From Porphyridium purpureum (Eukaryota): a DNA stretch of 64,000 bases. The notes beneath the pieces were generated by a model. That model was not told the DNA's origin. It did no database searches and saw only the letters and a list, made by a program, of their open reading frames with translations. The first letter of the stretch is position 1. Each line of letters opens with the position of its first letter. The stretch covers positions 124,001-188,000 of the forward strand of contig VRMN01000018.1 in assembly GCA_008690995.1 (NCBI GenBank), written 5' to 3'. Made by a program: the position numbers and the translations under genes. Of the stretch, positions 10,017 to 20,600 are shown piece by piece.

Positions 10017-10910
10017 TCACTCATCGTCATCTTCCTCAACGCGCACCAAACGTCTTTTCTTCGACGCAACGCGTGTCTGCTGCCCCTTGATGTCCCCGCG
10101 TTGGTCGTCCATTCCGCGCTTTTCAAGAAAACGTAACTTTCGCTCTACATCTGGCGCACGTGGCTCAGATGACGAAGACGAGGTGTCATTCACCGTTACA
10201 CTTTTCTGCTTCCTCGTCGCAAGTTGTTGAGAAAGCGACTCGAAGGCAAGATGCTTCTGGGCAGAGGAAGGTGGTTTTGCTCCAAGCGATCGATTAGGCG
10301 ACTCGTTATCGGTCTCTGTGTGAGAATCATGGGATTTTCCAGAGCTACGACCAGAGGCAGACCCGGAATTTGAGCGAGCGCCGGCAGAAGAGCTGGAGCT
10401 CCTGGTGCTGCTTGAGCCGGTTTCATTCCCCGCGTCATCCTGGATGACCTTTCCTTTTCGTACCTTTTCTGCAAGCCTCCTGATCTTTCCCGAACCGTCT
10501 GGAGGCGGGAGTACCGGTTCTCTGCCCGCCCAGGTGTGCTTCAGGCAATATCTTCCGTCAATCGGCATCATGTCAACCGTGCTGCTTGACCTGGCCCGGC
10601 GCTTGACGGCACCTGCGGCCTGCTGCTTTGCCGAGAAATTGTCGACATGCCTATATGCGTCGCACAGCGAGCAGTACAAATGCTCTGGGGGTGGATGCAA
10701 CGGCGAGCGGTCGCAACTCGCATCATCCTGCTCGCTCTCCGAGCGGCCCGACGACTCGGCGTTCTCTTCTTCGCCCCTCGGTGAAGAAGCGGACTCTTCA
10801 TCCTCATCATCGGCAACTATGAAGCCTGCCGAACTGTCGTCCTCTGTATCTTGCTCGCCGTCCGACGGTGGGCCTGCGTCCACAAGAATCTTCCGTCGTG
10901 CCCGCGACAT
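10017..10910 (-). CDS. Low-complexity acidic/Ser-rich protein with a putative Stc1-like zinc finger
   Basis: First ATG at 10910; CSLC-x7-FSAKQ...CLKH pattern; basic NLS-like clusters. Confidence 0.6.
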   Translation of the reverse strand: MSRARRKILVDAGPPSDGEQDTEDDSSAGFIVADDEDEESASSPRGEEENAESSGRSESEQDDASCDRSPLHPPPEHLYCSLCDAYRHVDNFSAKQQAAGAVKRRARSSSTVDMMPIDGRYCLKHTWAGREPVLPPPDGSGKIRRLAEKVRKGKVIQDDAGNETGSSSTRSSSSSAGARSNSGSASGRSSGKSHDSHTETDNESPNRSLGAKPPSSAQKHLAFESLSQQLATRKQKSVTVNDTSSSSSEPRAPDVERKLRFLEKRGMDDQRGDIKGQQTRVASKKRRLVRVEEDDDE

Positions 10911-11016
10911 CGTTGATGGGTCATACTCGCCTTTCCATTTTCGCCGCGAGAGAGAAAGAGCTTTGTACCTGGGCAAATTTTATTCGGGCTTTTTGTCGGA
11001 GTGCGAATCGATTGCA

Positions 11017-11778
11017 ATGGCGTTCGCCACTTTCGGCCCATGGCTACCCGGCTGCGCAGTTCCCGCTGTACGAGCGTGCGCGCACTGGCGTGCTGAACCA
11101 TCGTGGCGCTCGCAAGCTCGCGAGCGGGGCAGGGTGAAGCTGCTGTGTGCGGAAAGCGGAGACCACGATCGCGCCAAGACGGAGCTGCTGCAGCTCTTGC
11201 AGAAGCCGTCCCTGAAAGATCGCGGCATTTTTGGGCTGGAGGATGACGACGAGGAGCAGATTATGCATGCAATCGAGCAGTGTGAGCTGGCGGGTGCCAC
11301 TTTGGCCGAGAAGCTGGAACCAACAAGTGATTCCGGATTCGCGATTCTGAACGGTCGGTGGAGGCTGCTGTTCACGACCTTGCAGATTCTGGGTAAGCGG
11401 CGGGTAAAGCTGGGCCTGGCACCGACCGGGAAGCCCGGTGTCGTAAAGCTCGGCGAGCTGTATCAGACCGTCGACACGGAGAAAGCCATCGCGAGAAACG
11501 AGGTCGACTTTGATGTGATGGGCATGGTAGAGGGCAAGCTAACCATTGACGCGTCGTACACGCGTCTGTCAGCCACTCGTGTGGGGGTGGAAACAGACGC
11601 CGCGGAGCTCAGTCCAGCCAAGCTGCAGAAACTCCTAGGCGAGCATTTCGACCTTCTTCTTGAGATTTTCAACCCGCAAGGCTTCCTAGAAATCACGTAC
11701 CTAGACGACAAGTTCCGCATCGGACGCAACTCCGCAGACGAGATTTTCATCCTCGAGAAAACGCATCCCACTGCGTAG
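11017..11778 (+). CDS. Plastid lipid-associated protein / fibrillin (PAP_fibrillin domain)
   Basis: MAFATF transit peptide; DRGIFG, LNGRWRLLFTT, GFLEITYLDDKFRIGR. The longer ORF from 10405 is antisense overlap. Confidence 0.88.
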   Translation: MAFATFGPWLPGCAVPAVRACAHWRAEPSWRSQARERGRVKLLCAESGDHDRAKTELLQLLQKPSLKDRGIFGLEDDDEEQIMHAIEQCELAGATLAEKLEPTSDSGFAILNGRWRLLFTTLQILGKRRVKLGLAPTGKPGVVKLGELYQTVDTEKAIARNEVDFDVMGMVEGKLTIDASYTRLSATRVGVETDAAELSPAKLQKLLGEHFDLLLEIFNPQGFLEITYLDDKFRIGRNSADEIFILEKTHPTA

Positions 11779-12292
11779 GGAAAACGTGCAATCAGGCGCC
11801 GGACAGACTCGAGCGTGCGCGATTCGGTCGTTTTCCTGTGCAGACGCTCCGGCATTTCGCACTTTCCGATTCCACCTTTTCCAGCATCAGGAGACTAGTC
11901 ATCGGCGGCAAGTGAGATGTGAGTGGCAGGCGTTCTAGCCTCTCGAGCAGCCCGCGCTGCGCATCGAAGCCACGCAAGAGTCTGGGCGCAGGCTGCGGCT
12001 CGCACCATCGCGCTCCGGTCACATCAAGGCTCACGACAAGTACAGTAACCCTGCGCAACTGTACTTTATAGTACAGCTCATAAGGTACAGCTACCTCAAG
12101 ACAAAAGGCGCCTTTTGTCAGGTTTCTGTTTAAAATGGTACGTTTTAATAGTAAACGCGGCTTTGACGCAGTTGCGCCTTGCTGTGGAGGCAGCGAAACG
12201 GAGAACGTGCACAAGAGTCCGGGAGGGAGAGAGAGGAAAGGGAGAGAGAAGGACGAGCCGTGGAGACGCGGTGAGAGGAGTAGCGCGGAAGG

Positions 12293-15178
12293 ATGTGGGT
12301 GGCGCGGCGCGCGTCGCGTGATGTGGCGCGCGGACTGGCGCGGTACATGTCGTGGACTGCCGGGCGGGATGGGCATGGGATGACTGCGCGTGCAGAAGTG
12401 CGGCGCGCATCCAGGCACGTGGCGTCGCGGAGAGGCCCGGATGCGCTGGCTCGGAGCGGCGGTCGGCGCGGGTGGTGCTCAGAAAAGGAGGGTAAGGCGG
12501 CGGTGGAGGCTGACGCGGCTCATAAGGCGGGGCGGGAGGCGGAATCGGCGGGCTCCGCAGGCTCTACAGGCTCCGCAGGCTCTACAGGCTCCGCAGGCTC
12601 CACGGGCTCCACAGGCACCGCAGGCTCCACAGGCTCAACAGGCTCAACAGGCTCAACAGGCGCGACTGCATCTGCGGCGCCGGAGTCAACGAAAGCTCAG
12701 GCCGCGGCGGAGTCAAAGTCACAAGAGCCCGGGGCGTACGCGTATTATCGACCGAGCGGAAGGTCGAATCGCACATCCAGTGAGACGAATGCCGGCAGCA
12801 AGGCCGGCTCGACATCGGCGGGGGACAGCGGCTCGCACAAGTATAGTTTTCACTTGGAGACCAGTGTGTGGAAATTCTTGCTCGGTATGAGCGGAGGCGT
12901 GGCAGTGGCGTCTATGGTTCTCGGTGGGGTCGTATCTGCATGGGGAGGCACCAACTCAAGCCCGGAGGAGAACGCCAGAACATGGGATACATTACGCAGG
13001 GGTGTGGGCGGCGACGCCTCTCCTACATCGTCATCTTCCCAGCAGCAGTATCCGCAGTCGCTTTCAAGTACGCTAGGAGGAGGAGGGCTCATTCCCATCA
13101 CATTCCATCAGCTTCGTACCGAGCTATTACCTGCCGGGCAGGTTCAAAAAATTGTAGTGGACAACAGCTCGGAGCAAGCTACCGTTTACGTGAAGAACAG
13201 CATGTATCCAGGAGCCGAACCGACGCCAAGATACACCATGAGTATTGGGTCGATTGATTCGTTTGAATCGAAAATGCAGAACGCCCAGGAAGAGCTCGGA
13301 TGGGATCTTCGGCGCTTTGTGCCTATTTTCTACAAAGGAGATAGCACATGGGGCAAGCTGATCGCTTCATGGGCACCCACGCTTTTCCTCGTCGGAGTGT
13401 ATGTGTTTCTGATGCGGCGCATGTCTTCTCTGGGTGGTGGCGGCGGTATCGGTGGATTCGGCGGATTCGGTGGGTTTGGCGGTAGCAAAAACGCAAGTCG
13501 GGGAGGCGGCTTTTTCGGAAGGGCCTTTCGTGGAATGGGTGGCGCAGCGAAAGGTGCGACAAGCAAGCAGAAGAAGAGCGGATCGTCGTCAGTTGGAGGT
13601 GGAGCGGGTGGTGGTGGTCCCGGCAACATTTTCAACATCGGGAAAGCGAGCGCGACCGTTACGAACACAGAGGATAAAGTCGTGGACACCACCTTCAAAG
13701 ATGTGGCAGGACTGGACGAAGCGAAAGTGGAAGTTATGGAGTTTGTGGAATATTTGAAGAACCCAGAACGCTTCAAAGAGCTTGGCGCAAAAATTCCGAA
13801 AGGTGCGCTCATGTACGGCCCGCCCGGCACGGGAAAGACGCTGCTAGCCCGCGCGACGGCAGGCGAGTCTGGAGTCCCCTTCCTCACCATGTCAGGTTCA
13901 GACTTCATGGAAATGTTTGTGGGAGTGGGTCCTTCTCGTGTGCGTGATTTGTTCTCGCAGGCTCGCGAGTTGGCACCGTGCATCATTTTCCTTGACGAGA
14001 TCGATGCCATAGGCCGTGCACGTGGCCGCGGCGGCATGATCGGAGGCAATGACGAACGTGAAAACACACTCAACCAGTTGCTTGTTGAAATGGACGGCTT
14101 TGCTGCAAATTCTGGCGTTGTTGTGTTTGGAGGCACGAATCGCATTGACATTCTAGACAAGGCGCTGCTGCGTCCCGGCCGTTTTGACCGCCAGATCTGC
14201 ATCGATTTGCCGGATATCAAGGGGCGCCGAGATATTCTAAACGTACACTTGAAGAAGATTCACGTGGCTGAGCCTCCAGGCAAGGAAGAGGCGGCGAAGG
14301 AAGTCGCGTCGCGCACACCAGGCATGTCTGGCGCCGACCTTGCCAACGTGTGCAATGAGGCAGCGCTTGTGGCAGCGCGGCGTGGCGCCTCCGCGGTAGA
14401 GCTGTGCGACTTTGACGACGCCCTTGATCGCGTGATTGGAGGGCTGGAGAAGAAGAATCTGGTGATGAGTCCAGAGGAGAAGCGTACGGTAGCCTATCAC
14501 GAGGCTGGCCACGCAGTGACCGGATGGTTTCTCGAGCACGCCATGCCTTTGATGAAAGTGTCTATCGTACCACGAGGCACGGCAGCGTTGGGATACGCGC
14601 AGTATCATCCGCAAGAACGATTCTTGTTCAGCCGAGAGCAGCTGTTGGATCACTTGTGCATGACGCTGGGTGGGCGGGCTGCGGAGGATATTTTCTTCAG
14701 CACGGTAACTACCGGAGCAGCGGATGACTTCAACAAGGTGACGAACATAGCGTACCGTTCAGTAATTGAGTGGGGTATGGGCAGAACGGTGGGGCGGCTG
14801 GCGTACAGTAGCAGTGGAGCCGAGCAGCAGTTTTACAAACCATACAGTAATCGGACGGCTCAAATGATTGATGAAGAGGTGCGCGCCATTGTGAAGGATG
14901 CGTACGAACGGACAATCACGCTTTTGACCGAGAAGAAAGACGCCGTGGAGAAAGTAGCGAAGTTGCTACTGCAACGTGAAAAGATCGATTATCATGACAT
15001 GATCCGCCTGCTAGGCCATCGCCCGTTTGGGGAACCGGAATCTCGGAGCTTTGATGATATCATCAAGCAAGCCGAGAACCCGGCAGGCGCATCGCTGGAA
15101 CCAGACGCGCAGGTTGGACTTGCGGATGGGACGGACAGTGGTTCGAGCCGGTCATGTGAATCACCGGGCCATCTATAG
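12293..15178 (+). CDS. ftsH: Mitochondrial m-AAA metalloprotease (FtsH3/10, AFG3/Yta12-like)
   Basis: Arg-rich presequence, two TM segments, [18 protein letters not shown], Walker A GPPGTGKT, Walker [24 protein letters not shown] zinc motif. Confidence 0.95.
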   Translation: MWVARRASRDVARGLARYMSWTAGRDGHGMTARAEVRRASRHVASRRGPDALARSGGRRGWCSEKEGKAAVEADAAHKAGREAESAGSAGSTGSAGSTGSAGSTGSTGTAGSTGSTGSTGSTGATASAAPESTKAQAAAESKSQEPGAYAYYRPSGRSNRTSSETNAGSKAGSTSAGDSGSHKYSFHLETSVWKFLLGMSGGVAVASMVLGGVVSAWGGTNSSPEENARTWDTLRRGVGGDASPTSSSSQQQYPQSLSSTLGGGGLIPITFHQLRTELLPAGQVQKIVVDNSSEQATVYVKNSMYPGAEPTPRYTMSIGSIDSFESKMQNAQEELGWDLRRFVPIFYKGDSTWGKLIASWAPTLFLVGVYVFLMRRMSSLGGGGGIGGFGGFGGFGGSKNASRGGGFFGRAFRGMGGAAKGATSKQKKSGSSSVGGGAGGGGPGNIFNIGKASATVTNTEDKVVDTTFKDVAGLDEAKVEVMEFVEYLKNPERFKELGAKIPKGALMYGPPGTGKTLLARATAGESGVPFLTMSGSDFMEMFVGVGPSRVRDLFSQARELAPCIIFLDEIDAIGRARGRGGMIGGNDERENTLNQLLVEMDGFAANSGVVVFGGTNRIDILDKALLRPGRFDRQICIDLPDIKGRRDILNVHLKKIHVAEPPGKEEAAKEVASRTPGMSGADLANVCNEAALVAARRGASAVELCDFDDALDRVIGGLEKKNLVMSPEEKRTVAYHEAGHAVTGWFLEHAMPLMKVSIVPRGTAALGYAQYHPQERFLFSREQLLDHLCMTLGGRAAEDIFFSTVTTGAADDFNKVTNIAYRSVIEWGMGRTVGRLAYSSSGAEQQFYKPYSNRTAQMIDEEVRAIVKDAYERTITLLTEKKDAVEKVAKLLLQREKIDYHDMIRLLGHRPFGEPESRSFDDIIKQAENPAGASLEPDAQVGLADGTDSGSSRSCESPGHL
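12550..12661 (+). repeat. Coding 9-bp tandem repeat (approx. CAGGCTCNA/G) encoding (GSA/GST)n in the FtsH N-terminus
   Basis: About 12 imperfect units visible; translation [38 protein letters not shown]. Confidence 0.85.
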
Positions 15179-15351
15179 TACGGCCAGGGCCTTTTCACCC
15201 TGACTCACCTGGTTTTGCCGGCATGGCTCTGCACATACTCCCGATTCTTTTGTGTCGTGTGTACCTACTAAAAGGAAAAGATAACAGCGGCCCGCTCGAC
15301 CTCTACGTTGCAGTTGGAACTTACTCAGCGCGTGGCGAGCAACGCCGCTGC

Positions 15352-15951
15352 CTAGAAATCTTCGTCTAAAACCAAGTTGTACGCGGCAGAGGTCTGGTTG
15401 CCATCATCCATTTCAGACGCTTCGGAAAACGCCGACTGCTGGGACAGGATGGGTTTTGTTGGGCTTGCGTTCGGGTTTGTTCCTTGAAAGCCGCTTGACG
15501 AGTCCTGCTGATGCTGGAACTGGTGACCTGATGGGACATGCAGCTGCATGATTCTCGAAAACAATCGAACATCCTCCTCAGCGTCCTGCGCTTTCTTCGT
15601 CTCCTCGACCTGTTTCACCATACCTTCCAACTTCGTCTGCAGTGAGGGCATACCAAAGAACACGGCCTCCTCGTGCACCTCGCGCATGGTTGCCACGTCG
15701 TTCTCGCCGATATGCACCGTTCCGCATCGCAAGAAATTAAGCACGTGCCTGAACCGCTTACCGTCTCTGTCCAAGAACACGCGGCCACCAGAGTCCAATC
15801 TCACACCAAGATGTCCTGAGAACATCGCCGAAAAGTAAGCGCTTTCATTTCTATGTGTCAAGGTCTCTACTGTCGTCACGAACGAGTCCCCGCCTACGTT
15901 CAGTCCAACCACCTCGTGGCTCTCCCACGCACGACACACAACCTCCCCCAT
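15352..15951 (-). CDS. BTB/POZ (KCTD / K-channel T1-type) domain protein
   Basis: VGLNVGGDSFVTTVETLT...FLDRDGKRFRHVLNFLRCG...EEAVFFG; first ATG at 15951. Confidence 0.9.
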   Translation of the reverse strand: MGEVVCRAWESHEVVGLNVGGDSFVTTVETLTHRNESAYFSAMFSGHLGVRLDSGGRVFLDRDGKRFRHVLNFLRCGTVHIGENDVATMREVHEEAVFFGMPSLQTKLEGMVKQVEETKKAQDAEEDVRLFSRIMQLHVPSGHQFQHQQDSSSGFQGTNPNASPTKPILSQQSAFSEASEMDDGNQTSAAYNLVLDEDF

Positions 15952-16087
15952 CGTTTCCTGCAATACCGTTCTTGTTGGTGCAACAGCAGTGACGACACAA
16001 GCTCAATCAAGCTCGCACGTTGTGAGCGTTGTGTGTTCCTCTGCGTGTGTCTTGGTAGTTGGAACGAGCGGACGAGGGAGGTGGCCA

Positions 16088-17245
16088 ATGATGCTCCAAG
16101 CACGCCTGTGCCATGGAGTAATATCTCGCCCGCTGCGCGCGCTCGCGTGGATGGCCGCGTTCAGGCTGCCGTCGGTGTTGCCAAGGCGCCTGTCCTGGAC
16201 GCCGTGTTCAAGAGAACTGTGGAATCGGTCTGGTCGTGACGAGAGTTGTGGCGTGCGCGGCATGAAGAGTAGTGTCGCAGTGATGCGTGATCGAGTGGAT
16301 TCACCGGACGACGCGGGCAAGTCGCCCGTGCACGAGGACTGCCCAGAGCAAGATGCAGCGGAAGCACCTGGCGCGAAAGATGATCCGAGCCAAGAAAAGT
16401 CTGGTGTGGAAGCAAAGGGTCCGTCAGATGCCGTGAATGGGACCGAGGCGGACCTTCTCGAGGCCAATGAGTGGTACGAGCTTGGTATGAATGAGATCAA
16501 GCTCGGGAAGTACTCCGAAGCCTTCGAGTGGATTCGGAAAGCAGCTGAGGTGGGCAACGCCGATGCGCAGTTTGCAATGGGTGTATTCTATGAAGAGGCG
16601 CGCGGTAATGTGGAAAAGGATGACCGTAAGGCAGTGGCGTGGTACACCAAAGCAGCAGAAAAGGGCCACGCAAAGGCGCAGTGCAATCTAGGGTTGCTAT
16701 ACTCCGCAGGAATAGATGGCGGTGAGCCGGACGACGTGACGGCAGTGCGACTGTTCCGTGAATCTGCAATGCAGGGTCATGTGGCTGCACAGTGCAATTT
16801 GTCGTCTTTCTACTTTACCGGAAGAGGCGGGAACGAAGGAAAAAGCTACTTGGCAATCGATTGGCTCAGAACAGCCGCAAACGAAGGATTACCGGCAGCG
16901 CAGTACAATCTCGGGCTCTGCTACGAGAGAGGCCAAGGCGTTGAGAGTGACGTTCGTGAGGCGTTCGAATGATTCCATAAGGCAGCTGTTCGTGGTGACG
17001 TCGATGCGCAACTGCGCGTGGGTGTGTATTATGGCACGGGCAAAGGCGGTCTCAAAGTAGACATGTATCTTGCGAAGGAATGGTTTCGAGAGGCTGCAGC
17101 GCAAGGTAGCGAAATGGCAGAACGATACTTTCACGAGCTTGAGAACCATGCTATCGATCCAGAGAACCCCAACCGTGAAGCGCACACAAATATACTGAAA
17201 CTCCGGCGCCTGCTACGTAAACGTGAGCGGCGATCTGAAGGGTGA
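16088..17245 (+). pseudogene. Sel1-repeat protein with organellar-type leader, interrupted by an in-frame TGA at 16970-16972 (pseudogene, readthrough or sequence error)
   Basis: Repeats such as AQFAMGVFY...AVAWYTKAAEKGHAKAQCNLG; after AFE* the same frame continues FHKAAVRGDVDAQLRVGVYY...AKEWFREAAAQG to the stop at 17245. Confidence 0.75.
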
Positions 17246-17607
17246 TCGGCTTGCGCGTTTGACCTGGTCCAGGTGCGAATGACATTGGTGTGCGGATGTA
17301 TACGTGACGCAGAACTTCTCTGGGAATGCTGCTGAGGCTCCACCAAATCCTCGTACGGTGAAAGAGGAAGCGAGCGGCCAATGGGGATGCGACTTCATCT
17401 GTCTGGCGCCCCGGTTTGGTACATTTTTACGGAAAAATCATATTCCTGTGCAGACCTAGAATCGCTGGAGGGGACCTACGCAAAAGAATGATTCGCCAAG
17501 TAGTATTTCTACTCCGTGGAGCATCTCGTAGCTTGACCGATGAAGACGAGTAGCAATCCCGGACGCATTGTCATCCATTTCCTTACCTTTTCACACTTCG
17601 GGAACTG

Positions 17608-20600
17608 CTACTCGCCCTCGCGCGACGGTTCCGCGTTGCTGCCAAATTCCTGCGTGGGAGGAAGCACGGCAAAAGGATTGGCCATGGGTCTGACCATCGA
17701 GGAAGCGGGCAGCGTGGCACCACCAATCGTCGGCACAGCTGGCACGGAGCCTGGAGCGAGCGTGTCGACGTACCGAGTTCGCGGGTTCCTTGTTCGTGGA
17801 GCAAATCGATTTGCTGCACCCGCAGCACTCACTGGAGGTGCATGTAGCACTCCGTGGGGCGGCGGCGGCTGCGGCTGCGATGCCGCCGAATCCAAACCCA
17901 TTGTCATGTCTTTCGTACTATCTGCTTGTCCTGATGCACGAGGAGCCGCGCTTCTCGGTACTGGGTCTGCCACAGCAACAATCGGGTCCTTGGGAGGTGG
18001 GGCCACTACTGATTCTGCCCTCACCTTGTCCTCTTCGCCGCGCACAACGTACTGACCCAATTCGGTGTTGTAGTAAAACTTGTTTTCCTTCTCGCCAAGA
18101 TGAGCCTGCTTTGGGCCCACAATGGATAAGAACTTGCTTCCCACATTCCCAGTTGCGTTTGCGAGTAAATTTCCCCAACTTGAAGCTGAAGGAATCACAC
18201 CATTGTCGGCTTGTTCCTTCGCTGCAGGTGTGGTAGAACTTGCGCTGGTGGGTGAAGCTATTCGCAACCCTTTCTCCTGATGCGCTAGGGTCTGGCCTGG
18301 TCTCGTATGTTCTTGCGAATAGTCATCGACACGACTCTCAAGCTTTCTACCCCCACCCGCGACAGAAGAACAATCCTGAAGCGCGACGCCCATGCCAGAC
18401 GCGTGTCTACCCACAGTGCCGGGCTGCTGGGCTCCTCCATCACCAAACGCAGTGCCCGCACTTGCTCGCTCATCTTCCTCTGCATCATTATCGTTCGACA
18501 CCAAAGCGCCTACCGCAGAAGCCACAATCGAGTCCCACCCTTTCTTCTTCGGCGCAGCGGAACCCGTACCGACGCCCACGGCAGGTGCAGCGTACGACGA
18601 GTACTGACCGTGTTGCTGGATAAGGGTATCATGTTCGCTCCCGGCGAACAACTTGGATACCCGCCCTCCCAATGCACCGAAGGAGAACTTCCCTTGACGC
18701 CCCGAGGAATAGCCGCCTGCTTTGTTGGCATCCCGATCAATGCCAGATGCATGCCGTAGCCGCGCCTCAAACTCTTGCAACTGCGCGAGAAATGGCGGCG
18801 TGAAGGCATGACCCTCGCGCGAGGCAAAAATCGCTTCAATATTGGACGACACGGCGACGACTAGATCGAGCGCTGCTGCCGGCTTCCCAACATTCATCAA
18901 CTCGACCGCCATCGGCAAGCAAAAGGGGAGCAGAAACTTCGAGATAGTGTAGCGCCTGGTAGCCGGCGCATCGTTGACTGAGCTTACCGTTCCCTTCCGC
19001 GCACGCGTTAGAGCGATACCCGTTGGTACAGCGAGTGATGCAGAAAACAGACCACTGCTGCTTGCAGAACGGTACAAGTCCACCATCAGAGACCAGCAAA
19101 CAGACGTCGCGCTGCCAAACAAGACGCGCCGACCAGCAAAGGAGGACGTATCAGAACCAACAAGTAGGAAGCGCGACGAGTCAGTCTTGCAGATATCGCC
19201 GTCGGCAAGTAAGTGACACACGTGAGCTGCGAAAACATTTCCAAGGTCCCCAGGTCCTTTGAGTAATGCCAGCTGCTCAGCCAGGTCTTGCAAGCCCTTT
19301 CTGCGCCTGCTGACATCAGCAATCTGCACGAGGCAGGCCGCCTCCCACCGCCAGCGCTGTGCATCGAATTCCTTGACGGCAGCGGTTTCCCCTTCGCGCA
19401 AAGCCCCGCCGGGTCCGGCAGCTGCGCACACAAGTGAATGTAGACAACTCGCCTTGTTCAAAACTCGCTCTGCATAGAGCTTCAGAACGTTACCTTGTGC
19501 TGCTCCGCCCAGTGATGCCGCGAGCGCTAGAGCTAAATCCCAGCATGAATGCTTGATGGCCGTGTCCAGCGCAGCCTCCGGCCGCCCGCCTGCGACCAGT
19601 TCTGCTACCTGCGAAGCCAGCGAGCGTCGCTCAATCAGTGATTTTGTATTGGGCGCCAGGGAAATAGGGCCTTCCTTGTCTTCCGGCTGGAGTGGATTTG
19701 GGTACTCGTCCTCTTCTGCTGCCTTCGATTTGGCCTGGCTCAAGTTGGCGGGGTTGAAAAAGGGCTTACGCATGCCTGCTGCCTGCGATAGCGCCGCAGC
19801 CAATCGCTCATTCATCCTCCGCGCCTTTTCAGAAACGCCGCCTGCGTTCTCTCCATCGGAGCCTGCGGCGTCCTTCTTCTCGATTTCTTCCATGTACACT
19901 TTGAGAATTCTCCATAGTGCGCGCCTGGACTCGGCATGCAGGCTTGCGAGCGAACCCCACATTGACATCTGCTCGCAAAGTGCTATGTACAAAGAATGAC
20001 TTGAGTTCGCGTTTGCAACTCTTGAGGCGGAAGTGCCAGAAACATTGTTTCCCGGAGGCACAAATGCCTGTACCACTTGGAGATCTTCGTCATCTGCACT
20101 AGAAATGAGGGATGCAAATGACGCAACACGCACTGTGCGTGATGGCGGCGAGCCTAAAATGCCACCAGAGTCCATCACAAGCCCGGCAGACAAAGTCGCG
20201 GCTGGGCGCAAGATTACGACACGTCCATTGAATCCCATCTGCACAATCGCGTGTGGCTCGGTTCGGGACCACTCGTGGCCGGCCGTCTGCCCGGCCACAT
20301 GCGAGGAGGGTGTCTTCGCAACCGCGGCCCACGTGCCATGGTCTGCTCGATGGTCGCGGACATCAGCGCCTCCATACGTCGATGATGTTGCCGGCAAAGA
20401 ATGATCAGAGCGAGGAGGCGCAGGAGCAGCAGAAGAACGCAGCGGCCCATAATCAGATATTACGGGCGGCGGCACGGGCATCGGCCCAAGTTTTGACAGA
20501 CTGCTGTGGCTCCCAAAGGACTGTCCTCTCGACAGCGAGTTCTGAGCCAAGAGCGCACTTCCGCCTGCGCCACCGCTGCCAGCAGCAACGCCCGGCTGGG

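Noticed and set aside
10405..11016. N-terminal extension of the fibrillin ORF (457-aa call)
   Set aside because: It is the antisense shadow of the minus-strand gene; MAFATF at 11017 is a typical transit-peptide start
16970..17600. TGA as selenocysteine or a genome-wide UGA=Trp code
   Set aside because: The homologous position is Trp, not Cys; I see no convincing SECIS downstream; TGA terminates other genes in the window
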